Of a stretch of 64,000 nucleotides of DNA, positions 49,520-61,266 are shown in pieces (position 1 is the stretch's first letter; each line of letters starts with the position of its first letter). The notes beneath the pieces were generated by a model. It did no database searches. It was given only the letters and a program-made list of their open reading frames with translations, and was not told the DNA's origin. The stretch comes from an uncultured Chloroflexia bacterium (lineage in GTDB: Bacteria; Chloroflexota; Anaerolineae; B4-G1; SLSP01). The translations under genes were made by a program, and so were the position numbers. The stretch lies in NCBI GenBank assembly GCA_963751345.1, contig CAVVUS010000043.1, positions 64,001 to 128,000 on the forward strand, read 5' to 3'.

Positions 49520-50586
49520 ATGTCTCAAAGGGCTCTATTTGCGCTGTTTCGCGATGTCTCGACCGTCGCAGGCGTGGTGGGACGGTTGCATGACCTGGGC
49601 ATTTCCGATGATGACATCGTCATAATGTCCAACATTCCCTACACACCCAAGATGCTGGGGCTATCATCCAAGCCCGGGAAAATAGGGGGTTTCGCGCTGA
49701 TCGGCGCTGTCTTGGGGGTGGCAACGGCGATCTTCCTGACTGCGGGGATTTTCCTGCTGTATCCCCTCATCCAGGGCGGGCAGCCGCTGATCCCGATTCC
49801 GCCATCGATCATCGTGACCTTTGAGGTGACAATGCTGGGCACGATGTGGGCCACCTTTCTAGGGCTACTGGTTATCAATCGGTTCCCGGTCTTCGGTCGT
49901 CCTGCTTACGATGTGCGAGTCTCGGAAGGGGAAATCGGGGTTGTGGTTCAAGGAGAGTTCCATTCCGAGCGTGCTTCCGAGGTGGATCAGTCGAGAAAGT
50001 AGCGAATGTTTGCGGCCCACGGGGCTAACGAGTTTCGCGACCTGACGGACTACAGCGGCGTGAGCAGCGGCAGTTGGCGCAGGCTCATGGCCTTCTTGAC
50101 GGTGGTGCTGATCGGCGGGGGGGGATTTCCCTGTTGTTCTTCTACGACGTGCGTGAGGATCCCATTCCCGACACAGATGGCGGATCAGGACTCCATCGCG
50201 TTACGTGCGAGGGCCCAGACTTGCGGCGCCGGCGGATGCGGTGCCCATCCAGGGGCCTGTACTTATTTCGGGGGCGCCCGCCAGTGAGCCTATCTCGCCG
50301 ACCGTGGCGTCGTTTCAGCGCGGGCAGGTGCTGTTCAACGTGAACTGCGCTCTCTGTCATGGAGAGACGGGGGTCGGTGACGGGCCGCTCAGCCAGTACT
50401 TCGCGCCTCGCCCTGCCGACCTGACGGGCAGCGTGGTGCGGAGCGTGCCTGACTCGACGATCTTCCTGGTGATCACGCAAGGCTTCGGGAGCATGCCAAG
50501 CCTGGCCGAGAACTTGCTGCCCGTCGAACGCTGGGACGTCGTTGAACTACGTGAGGAGCCTGGAAACGAATGGGGGACAACCATGA
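49520..50586 (+). CDS. ActD (DUF3341) apparently fused to monoheme cytochrome c ActE (frameshifts)
   Basis: 'YPL..GGQP...PP.IIVTFE.TML' (ActD); then TM, 'QMADQDS', 'RG..LFNVNCALCHG', 'MP', 'ERWDVVNYVR'; stop overlaps next ATG. Confidence 0.72.
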
Positions 50587-51493
50587 CAATACGAGCCCGG
50601 ACGGAAAGCCCGAATGTGGGCGCTAGTCCTGGCGCTTGTCCTGCTGCTGGGGGCGTGTGGCAGCCCCAATCCACAGCTTGCGGGCCGACACCGATCCCGA
50701 CGTTGGCCCCGGCGGAGCAGGTGACGCTTGTGCCGGCGCTGCAGACTTTCGCGGGAGCATCCGGCCCCAATGCAGCCGCGGGCGCAGGCTCTCTTTGAGA
50801 TGCATTGCACGCTCTGTCACGGGGCGGAAGGGCAGGGCATCATTGGCCCTGCGCTCAGGAATAGCGCCATACATACAGCCGCGCTCAGAGCCAATCGATC
50901 TACTCCACGATCGCTTGAGGCGGTCCGGCGAGAAGGGATGCCTGCCTGGTTCGTAGCGAACGGTGGGCCCCTGACCCTGATACGGAGATTACGAGCATTA
51001 TCGATTATCTCAGCACATTGCAGGGGGTATCGGCCGTGCCTACGTCGACCCCCATGCCTGTAGAACCCACGCCCACGCCGCTTCCAACCGGGGCCCCGAC
51101 GCCTCAGCCCGCTCAGCCGTCTGAACCTGGAGCGGCCAGGGCCGGCGGCTTCGATGACCGGCGACATTGGCAGGGGGATGGTGCAGTTTGGCCGGAATTG
51201 TGCGGCTTGTCATGGTCCGGAGGGCGTCCTGGGGATCCCGAATCCGGGTTCCGACGATGGTAGTGTGCCGGTGTCTGAATCCGATTGATCCCACCTTGGT
51301 TAGCTCCAATCCCGGTATCTTCGCGGTCAACGTCGACCTGTTTATCGAGCATGGATCGGTGCCGGAGGGAGCCTCACCGAGAATGATGGTCATGCCGTCT
51401 TTCGGTGATGGAGGGATGCTCACTCATCAGACGATTGCCGATCTGATCGCCTATGTGATGCACCTGAATGGTGTTCAGGAGACGTCACAGTGA
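50583..51493 (+). CDS. diheme cytochrome c lipoprotein with Pro/Thr linker (frameshifts)
   Basis: 'LVLLLGAC' lipobox; CTLCH...'GMPAW'; CAACH...'VMPSF...IADLIAYV'. Confidence 0.75.
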
Positions 51494-52037
51494 AGAAGCG
51501 ACGAATCCGACGAGCCACGATCGTCGGGCTGACGCTCGTGGCCGCACAGGCCTGGCTGGGTGCACCCAGATCACCGTCCCCGTTCTGCTTCCCGAGACGT
51601 CGCCCACCTGGCCCCTGGTGCTCTATTTCGGACTTGTGTTGTTCGTGGTGGGTGGGATGTTGGGGCTCTCTTACGTCCTCGGGGAGCGGCATAGGGGCCG
51701 GGCGATGGAGCAGCCCTATGAGGCGGGGATGCTTCCCACGGGACCGGCACGCCTGCGTTTTGATGTAAGGTTCTATCTGATCGCGATCTTCTTCGTTATC
51801 TTCGATCTTGAGGTGGCGTTCCTCTTCGCCTGGGCCGTGGCTGCCCGTGAACTGGGATGGTCCGGCTACGTAGAGGTCGTTATCTTTACCATGATTCTCG
51901 TGGTAGGGCTGGTCTATCTGTGGCGAACGGGGTCGCTCGAGATGGGTGCATTTCGACAGCATAGCTCGGTGGCGGCATCCACGCATCGGACAGCGCACAA
52001 AGTGGGGAAAAGAAGTGACAATGAAGAAGCGAAGTAA
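51490..52037 (+). CDS. nuoA: NADH-quinone oxidoreductase subunit A (N-terminal extension; probable frameshift near 51546)
   Basis: 'PYEAG', 'FYLIAIFFVIFDLEVAFLFAWA'; GTG at 51490 overlaps upstream stop, with AGGAG RBS. Confidence 0.92.
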
Positions 52038-52049
52038 GCAAGGCCCGAG

Positions 52050-52700
52050 ATGCAACGCCCTCAGATGGACAACCCCGCGTGGGGGGAGCGATTTCCGCCC
52101 GGTGCGTTAGGTAAGGCTGTTGAGCGCTTTGCTGAACAGCAGGTGATCTTGACCAAGGTGTCGTCGATTCTGGCCTGGGGACGTAAGAATTCGCTATGGC
52201 CCTTTGGCTTTGGCCTTTCCTGTTGTTTTGTGGAGATGGCGACGAGCCTCACCAGTCGCTATGACATCGCGCGCTTCGGGTCGGAGATCATCCGGGGCTC
52301 ACCTCGAGAAGCGGACATGATGATCATCGCTGGGACGGTGTTTATGAAGATGGCCCCCTTTATCCAGCGGCTCTACGACCAGATGATGGAGCCGAAATGG
52401 GTCATCTCGATGGGCTCCTGCGCGAACTCGGGCGGCATGTTTGACATCTACAGTGTCGTCCAGGGGGTGGACAAGTTCTTGCCGGTGGACGTCTACGTAC
52501 CGGGGTGCCCACCCAGCCCGATGGCGCTGATGGAGGGGATCAACCTGCTTCAGGATGCGGTCGGACAGGAGCTCCGCCCTTTGAGTTGGGTCGTCGGGCC
52601 CCAGGGCGTGACCCGGAAAGAGCCGCTGCCGGACGTGCGGGCGTGGAAGCGGAAAGAGCGGCAGGCAGCGACCGAGTTGCGTTCGCCGGATGAGGTGTAG
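52050..52700 (+). CDS. nuoB: NADH-quinone oxidoreductase subunit B
   Basis: '[10 protein letters not shown]', '[10 protein letters not shown]', 'PGCPP'. Confidence 0.97.
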   Translation: MQRPQMDNPAWGERFPPGALGKAVERFAEQQVILTKVSSILAWGRKNSLWPFGFGLSCCFVEMATSLTSRYDIARFGSEIIRGSPREADMMIIAGTVFMKMAPFIQRLYDQMMEPKWVISMGSCANSGGMFDIYSVVQGVDKFLPVDVYVPGCPPSPMALMEGINLLQDAVGQELRPLSWVVGPQGVTRKEPLPDVRAWKRKERQAATELRSPDEV

Positions 52701-52703
52701 TAG

Positions 52704-54514
52704 GTGAGCGAGGATCGAGGGCCGACCGGAATCGGCCAAACGCCTATGAATGAACATGCTGACGTCGGCCCTCAGACGGGCATTTTGCACGAGCTGCAGG
52801 AGCGATTTGGTGAGGACGTCATCACGCCCCAGGCCGTGTCCGATGATACGCCCACCGCGTGGGTACCACCGGAGCACATTCACGAGGTCGTGGCCTATCT
52901 GAAGACGGGGGCGACGCGTCCCTACCAAACGCTCTTCGATCTCTTTGGGGTCGACGAGCGTGAGCACGCGCATCGTGCGGGCCAGCCGGAGAGTGACTTC
53001 ACCGTCATCTACCGGCTCCTGTCCTTCGATCGCAATGCGGATATCTGTCTCAAAGTCCCGCTTCAGGGCGAGTATCCGCGCCTGGGCACGGTTACGGATG
53101 TCTGGCCATCGGCGAACTGGTATGAACGTGAGGCATGGGATATGTTCGGCATCACGTTCGAGGGACATCCTCATCTGACTCGCATCCTTATGCCTCCCAC
53201 GTGGGAAGGTCATCCCCTGCGCAAGGAGCACCCGGCTCGCGCCACCGAGATGGGACCTTACGAGTTGACGGAGGAGAAACAGATCCGCGAGGAGCAGGCG
53301 GCACAGTTCCGTCCGGAGGAATGGGGGCTTGCAGGAAAGCGCGGAGGATACAGATGTCATGTTCCTTAATCTGGGCCCTCAACACATGGGGACTCACGGC
53401 GTCCTGCGCCTCATCTTGAAGTTGGATGGCGAGGAGATCGTCGATGTGGTCCCGGACATCGGCTATCACCATCGTGGCGCCGAGAAGATGGCTGAGCGTC
53501 AGACCTGGCACACGTACATTCCATATACGGATCGGGTGAACTACCTGGGTGGCGTGCTGAACAACCTGGCCTACCTGCTGCCCGTCGAGCGTCTCGCGGG
53601 GATCGAAGTTCCGGACCGTGTGAAGGTCATCCGCGTGATGATGAGCGAGTTCTTCCGGATCTCCAGTCACCTGGTCTGGTATGGCACCTTCGCCCAGGAC
53701 GTTGGGATGATGTCGCCGGTCTTCTACACGTTCGCCGACCGCGAACGCGTCTTCGATATCGTGGAGGCGATCTGCGGTGCCCGGATGCATCCGAGCTGGT
53801 TTCGCATTGGCGGAGTAGCCCAGGACCTACCCCACGGATGGGAGAAGCTCGTGCGCGGCTTCCTGGCCTATTTTCCCAAGCGGTTGAGGGAGTTCGACAA
53901 GATCATCATGGGCAACCGCATCCTGAAAGGGCGCACCCAGGGCATCGGAGCTTACGACACGGCCAAGGCGATGGAGTGGGGGGTCACCGGGCCGGGGTTG
54001 CGAGCGACCGGATACGAATGGGACTTCCGCAAGCAACGCCCCTACTCGGGTTACGATCAGTTCGAATTCGATATCCCCACCGGCCAACACGGGGACTCCT
54101 ACGATCGAGCGCTCGTACGCATAGAAGAGATGCGCCAGAGCCTGCGCATCATCCAGCAGTGTGTCGACAATATGCCGGCGGGTCCTTACAAGGCCCTGCA
54201 TCCGCTGACAACCCCTCCGCTCAAAGAGCGAACGATGCACGATATCGAGACCCTGATCACGCACTTTCTGGGCGTGTCGTGGGGGCCCGTGATCCCGGCT
54301 GGGGAGTCCACAGCGCTCGTCGAAGGGCGCGCAGGGCGTCAACAGCTACTACCTGATAAGCGACGAGGATATCCACGCATATCGGGCGCGCATCCGCACG
54401 CCGACATTTGCTCACATCCAGATGTTGCCCGAGATCAGTCGAGGGCTGATGGTGCCCGACATTATCGCCGTGTTGGGCAGTATCGATTTCGTTCTGTCCG
54501 ATGTAGACCGCTGA
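52704..54514 (+). CDS. nuoCD: fused NADH-quinone oxidoreductase subunit C/D (frameshifts near 53325 and 54330)
   Basis: '[14 protein letters not shown]', 'GHPLRK'; junction 'FRPEEWG..MFLNLGP.H..HG' as in E. coli NuoCD; ends '[11 protein letters not shown]'. Confidence 0.93.
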
Positions 54515-54529
54515 CCCGGAGAGCCAGTT

Positions 54530-54994
54530 ATGTTGAGTGACAAGGAACGCCGCGAGATCGAAGCCGAAGCGGATCAATACCTGGAGAAGCGTGGGGCGTG
54601 CGTGAAGGCCCTCCAGATCGTGCAGCAGGCGCACGGTTGGGTCTCGGATGAGCACCTACGGGAGGTAGCACAGCTTCTTGGTATGACCCCTGACGAGCTC
54701 GAAGGCGTCGCTACGTTCTACAGCCTTATTTATCGCGAGCCGGTGGGACATCACGTGATCCTGATCTGCGATAGTGTGACGTGTTGGATCATGGGCTATG
54801 ACGCACTGCTGGAAGGCCTCAAGTCCCGGCTGGGCATCGATCTGGGTGGGACGTCCGCCGACCATCGCTTCACGCTACTTCCCGTGGCGTGTTTGGGGGC
54901 GTGTGATCACGCGCCGGCCATGATGATTGATGAAGAGTTGTACACGGATGTCACGGTGGAGAAACTGGACCAAATCCTGGCTCAGTACGAGTGA
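54530..54994 (+). CDS. nuoE: NADH-quinone oxidoreductase subunit E
   Basis: 'VATFYS', 'CDSVTC', 'CLGAC..AP'. Confidence 0.96.
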   Translation: MLSDKERREIEAEADQYLEKRGACVKALQIVQQAHGWVSDEHLREVAQLLGMTPDELEGVATFYSLIYREPVGHHVILICDSVTCWIMGYDALLEGLKSRLGIDLGGTSADHRFTLLPVACLGACDHAPAMMIDEELYTDVTVEKLDQILAQYE

Positions 54995-55005
54995 CCGGAT
55001 GAGAC

Positions 55006-56300
55006 ATGAGTGAGCGACCGCTAACCGAACACATCAAGCCTGGAGCCGGGCCGCTGAGCCTCACGGACTACGAAAACGTGGGGGGATATCAGGCGCTGCG
55101 CAAGGCGCTCGGCGAGATGACGCCTGCCGACGTTCATGGGGGAGGTCAAGCAGTCCAACTTACGCGGGAGAGGCGGGGCTGGCTTCCCGACCGGTCTTAA
55201 GTGGAGCTTTGTGCCTGCTGATGACGGGACGACGCCCAAGTATCTCGTCGTCAACGCGGACGAGATGGAACCGGGTACCTTCAAGGATCGGCTGCTCCTG
55301 GAGGGCAATCCTCATCAGTTGGTGGAGGGGGCCATCCTTGCGGCGTATGCCATTGGGGCCGGAGAGGCCTACGTGCTATTGCGCTGGGCCTATCGAAAGG
55401 CGGCGCAGGCCATCGAGCAGGCCATCGCGGAGGCCCTTGATAGAGGCTATTTGGGCCGCGGGATCCTGGGATCGGACTACAACCTGAATATGCGCCTACA
55501 CGTCAGCGCCGGGCGCTACATGTGCGGCGAGGAGACCGGTTTGTTGAATGCGCTGGAGGGACGGCGTGCCGTCCCCCGCTCAAAGCCCCCCTACCCGCAG
55601 GTATCCGGCCTGTGGGGCAAGGACACCATCGTCAACAACGTGGAGACGCTCAGCAACATACCGCACATCGTGTCGAAGGGTGGCGCGTGGTTCAAGAGCC
55701 TGAGCCTCGGTGAGGATAGCGGAACAAAGTTGTACGGGGTCAGCGGCAAGGTGCGGCGCCCCGGTCTCTGGGAACTGCCGATGGGCACGCCGATGCGCGA
55801 GATCTTGGAGGAGCATGCGGGGGGTATGGCGTCTAGCCTGGCGATTCATGGGAGTGCTTCCTGGAGGTGCGTCGACGGACTTCGTGACGAGGAGCACCTC
55901 GACGTCAAGCATGGATTTTGATCCGTGGCCCAAGGTCGGAAGCCGTCTCGGAACGGGGACGATGATCGTCCTCGATGACCAAACCTGTCCGGTAGGGATG
56001 GTGCTCAACCTGGAGCGGTTCTTTGCCCGGGAGTCGTGCGGTTGGTGTACGCCATGCAGGGACGGGCTGCCATGGGTGGTCAAGATGCTCGACGCGATCG
56101 AGCGAGGCAAGGGGCGGATGGACGATCTGGATCGGCTGGAAGCCCACACCAGGTTGTTGGGGCCGGGGCGGACTTTCTGCGCGTTGGCGCCCGGTGCTAT
56201 GGAGCCCTTGCAGAGCGCACTCAAGTACTTCCGAGAGGATTTTGAGCGACACATCCGTGAGCATCAGTGCCCCTGGCAAGCCAAGGGGGAGGCGACGTAG
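55006..56300 (+). CDS. nuoF: NADH-quinone oxidoreductase subunit F, copy 1 (canonical CGEET; frameshifts)
   Basis: 'GRGGAGFPTG', 'NADEMEPG', 'YMCGEETGL', 'KPPYP', N3 'CGWCTPC...TFC'. Confidence 0.93.
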
Positions 56301-57575
56301 TGGAGCGCCCGCTTACCGAGCACATCAAGCCCGATCGCGAGCCCCTCAGCCTGCAAGAGTATGAGCAGGTGGGGGGGTACGGTGCGCTGCGGCAAGCCCT
56401 GAAGGCTATGACTCCTTCGGACGTGACACAGGTCGTAAGCGACTCCGGGTTGCGGGGGCGGGGAGGGGCTGGATTCCCGACGGGACGTAAGTGGGAGTTC
56501 ATCCCAATTGGCGATGATGCGCCCCGTCCCAAATACATGATCGTCAATGCCGACGAGATGGAACCCGGAACGTTCAAGGATCGCCTACTTCTGGAGGGCA
56601 ATCCGCATCAGTTACTCGAGGGGACGATCCTCGCTGCGTATGCGATTCGCGCCGATGTGGCGTATATCTTCTTGCGGTGGGCTTACCATCGAGCCGCACA
56701 GGGGCTGAAGCGCGCCATTGATGAGGCGTACCATGCCGGCTACCTGGGTACGAACATCCTCGGCTCCGGGTTCGATCTGCGGTTGGTGCTCCACATCAGC
56801 GCCGGGCGTTACATCTGTGGCGAAGCCACAGCGCTGCTCAATGCCCTGGAGGGGGAGCGCGGGATCCCCCGCTCCAAGCCGCCCCACGCAGCGACCGCCG
56901 GCCTATGGACGAAGCCCACCGTAGTAAACAACGTCGAGACTCTGTGCAACGTGCCTCACATCGTCAATAAGGGCGCAGATTGGTTCAAGGGGTTGGCATT
57001 GGGTGAGGATAGCGGAACCAAGCTCTTTCAGGTGAGCGGCAGGGTCAAGCACCCCGGTGTCTGGGAACTCCCGATGGGCACGACCCTCCGCGAGATTATG
57101 GAGGAATACGCCGGTGGGATGCAGGAAGGGGTAGCTCTGCGCGGGCTCCTACCCGGCGGTGCCTCTACCGAGTTCCTGTTGCCCGAACAACAGGATGTAT
57201 CGATGGAGTTTCGCCGCGGTTGAGCAGGCCGGGAGCCGGTTTGGCACGGCTACGATCATCGTGCTCGATGACCATACCTGCCCTGTTGGCATGATCCGCA
57301 GTCTCATGCGCTTTTTCGCTCGCGAATCCTGTGGTTGGTGTACGCCCTGCCGGGATGGTTTGCCCTGGGTCCTCAAAGATCTTGACGCGATCGAGTCCGG
57401 TCAGGGGCGAACCGAGCACATCGATACGCTTGCGAGGCAGACGCGAGTGATCACGGACAAGAATACCTTCTGCGAGCTGGCGACCGGGGCGATGGAGCCG
57501 TTACGAAGCGCACTCGAGTTTTACGAAGCTGACTTCCGACAGCATGTCCGCGAAAAGCACTGTCCTTGGAGATGA
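56300..57575 (+). CDS. nuoF: NADH-quinone oxidoreductase subunit F, copy 2 (CGEAT variant; frameshift near 57212)
   Basis: 'GRGGAGFPTG', 'NADEMEPG', 'YICGEATAL', 'KPPHA', N3 'CGWCTPC...TFC'; GTG overlaps the stop of copy 1. Confidence 0.92.
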
Positions 57576-57578
57576 TGC

Positions 57579-60308
57579 ATGGCGACGATTTATATAGACG
57601 GTGATCCCTATGAGGTCGAGGAAGGCTGGAATCTTCTCCACACCTGCCTTTCGCTGGGCTTCGACATACCCTATTTCTGTTGGCATCCGGCGATGGGATC
57701 CGTCGGAGCGTGCCGGCAGTGCGCGGTCCGTCTGTTCAAAGATGAGAAGGATACGAAGGGCACGATCGTGATGTCGTGCATGACGCCGATTCGTGACGGT
57801 ATGCGCATCTCCATTGACGACCCCGAAGTCAAGGAGTTCCGGGCCAGCGTGATCGAGTGGTTGATGGTTAACCATCCCCATGACTGTCCTGTCTGCGATG
57901 AAGGGGGCGAGTGCCATCTGCAGGATATGACTGTCTTGACGGGGCATGCCTATCGTGAGTTCGATTTCCGGAAGCGTACCCACCGGAACCAGTACCTTGG
58001 TCCGTTCGTCACGCACGAGATGAACCGCTGCATCGCCTGTTACCGCTGCCTCCGGTTCTACCGCGAGCACGCCGGCGGGCGTGATTTCGATGTCTTTGGT
58101 GCGCATGACAGGGTCTACTTCGGGCGCTTTGAGGAAGGGGTTCTGGAGAGCGAGTTCAGCGGGAACTTGGTCGAGATTTGCCCCACGGGAGTCTTTACTG
58201 ACAAGAGCCTGCACCGGCATTACACCCGGAAGTGGGATCTTCAGACTGCGCCATCCATCTGTGTTCACTGTGGGTTGGGATGCAATACCATTCCCGGGGA
58301 GCGTTACGGAGAGCTCCGTCGGATCCGCAACCGCTATCACCACGACGTCAACGGTTACTTCCTGTGCGACCGCGGGCGCTACGGCTATGAGTTTGTCAAC
58401 AGTGACCAGCGTATCCGCACAGCGTTGCTTCGCGACGAAGAAGGCGAAACTGGCCTCGGTGCCAAAGACCGAAGCGGTGACACGCGCAGCTAGCATGCTG
58501 GGCTCCGACAAGCACGTCATCGGCATCGGCTCACCGCGGGCTTCGTTGGAGGCCAACTTCGCGCTGCGCGACCTGGTCGGGCCGAGCAACTTTTACCAGG
58601 GCGTCACCGACAACAACAACCTTCTCGTCGCGGCTGCCATCGAGATCATGCAGAAGGGACCTTCCAAGATCCCGTCACTGCACAGCGTCGAGCACAACGA
58701 TGCGGTGCTGATCCTGGGCGAGGATGCGACCAGCGTTGCGCCGATGTTGGCCCTGGCTCTGCGACAGTCGGTTCGCCAGATCCCTCTGCGGATCGAAGAG
58801 CAGCTCCTCCATATTCCCAGTTGGCAGGATGCGGCGGTGGAGGAGGCGATCCAGAGCCAAGAGGGCCCTCTTATCATCGCTACCCCGGGAAGCACACGGC
58901 TGGACGACGTGGCGACGCGCATCATACACCTTCCGCCCGAGGATCTGGCCCGCTTCGGTTTTGCCGTCGCCCACGCTATCGACGAGAATGCCCCGGCCGT
59001 AGAAGGCCTGTCGGAAGAGGTTGCGGCCCTGGCGACGGAGACCGCCGAGCAATTGACCAAGGGCCAGAGACCGTTGGTGATATCCGGCATCAATGTGGGC
59101 ACCGATGCAGTGATGCATGCTGCAGCCAACGTGGCGTCGGCGCTCCATAAGGTGGTAGGCACGTCTGAACTGCTCTTCACCGTTCCGGAATGCAACAGCA
59201 TGGGGTTGGGCCTTATGGGGGGCAAGTGGACTTGCTGCGGCGCGGGAGGCGGTGGAAAGCGGGGACGTTGATACCATCGTCATCCTCGAGAACGATCTCT
59301 ACCGCCGCGCCGGCGCTGCCGAGATCGACACGCTCCTGGACGCGGTTCCTCACGTGATCGCCATCGATCACCTGATGAACCGGACGACGGAGAGGGCCGA
59401 ACTCGTGCTGCCTGCAGCCACCTTCGCCGAAACAGACGGCACGCTGGTCAATAACGAGGGGCGCGCTCAACGCTATCTATCAGGTCTTCGTCCCGGAGGG
59501 TGACGTTCAAGTCGAGTTGGCGGTGGATCAACGAGATCAGGACCGCCGCGCGTCACGCCGACGTGGCGAAAGTGGCAGATCGTGGACGACGTCATCGCCG
59601 ACATGGCGGAGGCGTATGCCGGTCTTTGCTGAGGTGCCGGACATCGCCCCCCCGGCAGGGTTCCGGCTGTTGGGCCAGCGAATCCCTCGCGAGTCTCACC
59701 GCTACTCTGGTCGCACTGCCATAAACGCGGATGTTGCCGTCAGTGAGCCGAAGCCACCTCAAGATCCGGATACGCCGTTCTCTTTCACGATGGAGGGGTA
59801 TCCAGGGCAGCCGCCGGCTGCGTTGATCCCACGCTATTGGGCGCCCCATTGGAACTCGGTGCAGGCGTTGAACAAGTTCCAGGAGGAGGTCAATGGCCCC
59901 CTGCGTGGGGGTGATCCGGGGCGCTTGCTGATCGCCCCCAAAGAGGACGCCCAGGTGTCCTACTTTGACCAGATCCCCAACGCATGCGAGCTGCGGTCCG
60001 ATCAATGGCGTGTGATTCCCCAATATCACATCTTTGGCTCCGAACCCTTGAGCATGCTGTCGCCGGGGGTGGCCGAACTTGCCCCGGAGCCCTACGTCGC
60101 GGTGAGTGCAGCCGATGCGGAGAAGCTGGGCGTGGAGTCCGGTGATGACGTGACGGTCATGATTGGCGATCAGCCGTTGGTCGTCTGCGCGCGTATCGAT
60201 GGGTCGATCCAGGATGGCATCGCGAGGTTACCGATGGGTCTGAAGAACGTTCCCACGGTAAAGCTACCGATGTGGACCGAGATACGGAAGGAGACCGAGA
60301 ATGAGTGA
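57579..60308 (+). CDS. nuoG: NADH-quinone oxidoreductase subunit G, E. coli-type with N7 motif (frameshifts)
   Basis: 'PYFCWH...GACRQC', '[15 protein letters not shown]', 'RCIACYRC', N7 'CVHCGLGC...LCDRG', 'HRYSGRTA', 'WNS.QA.NKFQ'. Confidence 0.93.
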
Positions 60309-61257
60309 AGTCGTGCGGCACCTGATTCTCGTCTTCGGCGTGCTGTTCGGCGCGCTGACCATCGCCGCCGGACTCATCTGGTTGGAACGCAGATTGCTTG
60401 CGGCCTGGCAAGATCGGTACGGTCCCAACCGCGTCGGTCCATTTGGCCTGATCCAGGTGTTGGCCGATATGGTCAAGATCTTCACCAAGGAAGATTGGGT
60501 ACCGCCCTTTGCGGACAGGCCGGTGTTCATATTGGCACCTGCTATCATCATTGTCACGGTCCTGATGTCATTCGCCGTGATCCCGCTGGGGCCGGGAGCC
60601 AGCGTGGCAAATCTCAACATCGGGCTGCTCTTTTTCCTGGGGATGTCCTCCATGGGCGTCTATGCCGTGACGCTCGCCGGGTGGTCGTCGAACAGTAAGT
60701 ACTCCCTGATCGGCGGCCTGCGGGCGGCAGCGCAGATGCTCAGTTACGAGGTGTTTATGGGCCTCTCTTTGATGGGCGTCGTGCTGATTGCCGGCTCGTT
60801 CAACCTCTCGGATATCGTTGAGGCTCAACGCAAGGTGTGGTTCTGCATACCCCAGTTTCTGGGGTTCGCGGTCTTCTTCATCGCCGGCGTGGCGGAGACG
60901 CGACGGATTCCTTTCGACATTCCGGAGGCGGACAACGAGCTGAACGCGGGATATCACACCGAGTACTCGGGGATGAAGTTTGGTATGTTCTACGTGGGAG
61001 AGTATATGGGCATCACATTGATCTCCGCGATGATCGTCACGCTGTTCTTCGGTGGCTGGCTGGGACCGTTTTTCCCGCCCTTGGTGTGGTTTCTGCTGAA
61101 AACCTTCGTCTTTGTCTGCAGTTTCATCCTGCTTCGGGCTGCGATGCCCCGCCCGCGTTACGACCAGTTGATGGCCCTCGGGTGGAAGCTGTTGCTTCCT
61201 CTGTCTTTGCTCAACGTGATGGTTACCGGCGGCGTCGTGTTGGCGCTGGGGATGTGA
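60301..61257 (+). CDS. nuoH: NADH-quinone oxidoreductase subunit H
   Basis: 'ERR...QDRYGPNRVG', 'SYEV', 'R.PFD.PEA', 'PRPRYDQ'. Confidence 0.97.
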   Translation: MSEVVRHLILVFGVLFGALTIAAGLIWLERRLLAAWQDRYGPNRVGPFGLIQVLADMVKIFTKEDWVPPFADRPVFILAPAIIIVTVLMSFAVIPLGPGASVANLNIGLLFFLGMSSMGVYAVTLAGWSSNSKYSLIGGLRAAAQMLSYEVFMGLSLMGVVLIAGSFNLSDIVEAQRKVWFCIPQFLGFAVFFIAGVAETRRIPFDIPEADNELNAGYHTEYSGMKFGMFYVGEYMGITLISAMIVTLFFGGWLGPFFPPLVWFLLKTFVFVCSFILLRAAMPRPRYDQLMALGWKLLLPLSLLNVMVTGGVVLALGM

Positions 61258-61266
61258 GGTCGACCT

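Noticed and set aside
55006-57575. Tandem nuoF as an assembly duplication
   Set aside because: The copies differ at many amino acids and synonymous sites along their whole length and are joined by a clean stop/start overlap with RBS
6985-60308. Many frameshifted genes as pseudogenes or programmed frameshifts (pflD, ecfT, helicase, prsW, wecA, rodZ, act, nuoCD/F/G)
   Set aside because: Single-base indels, often in G/C runs, hit otherwise fully conserved genes without in-frame decay; typical of uncorrected long-read error
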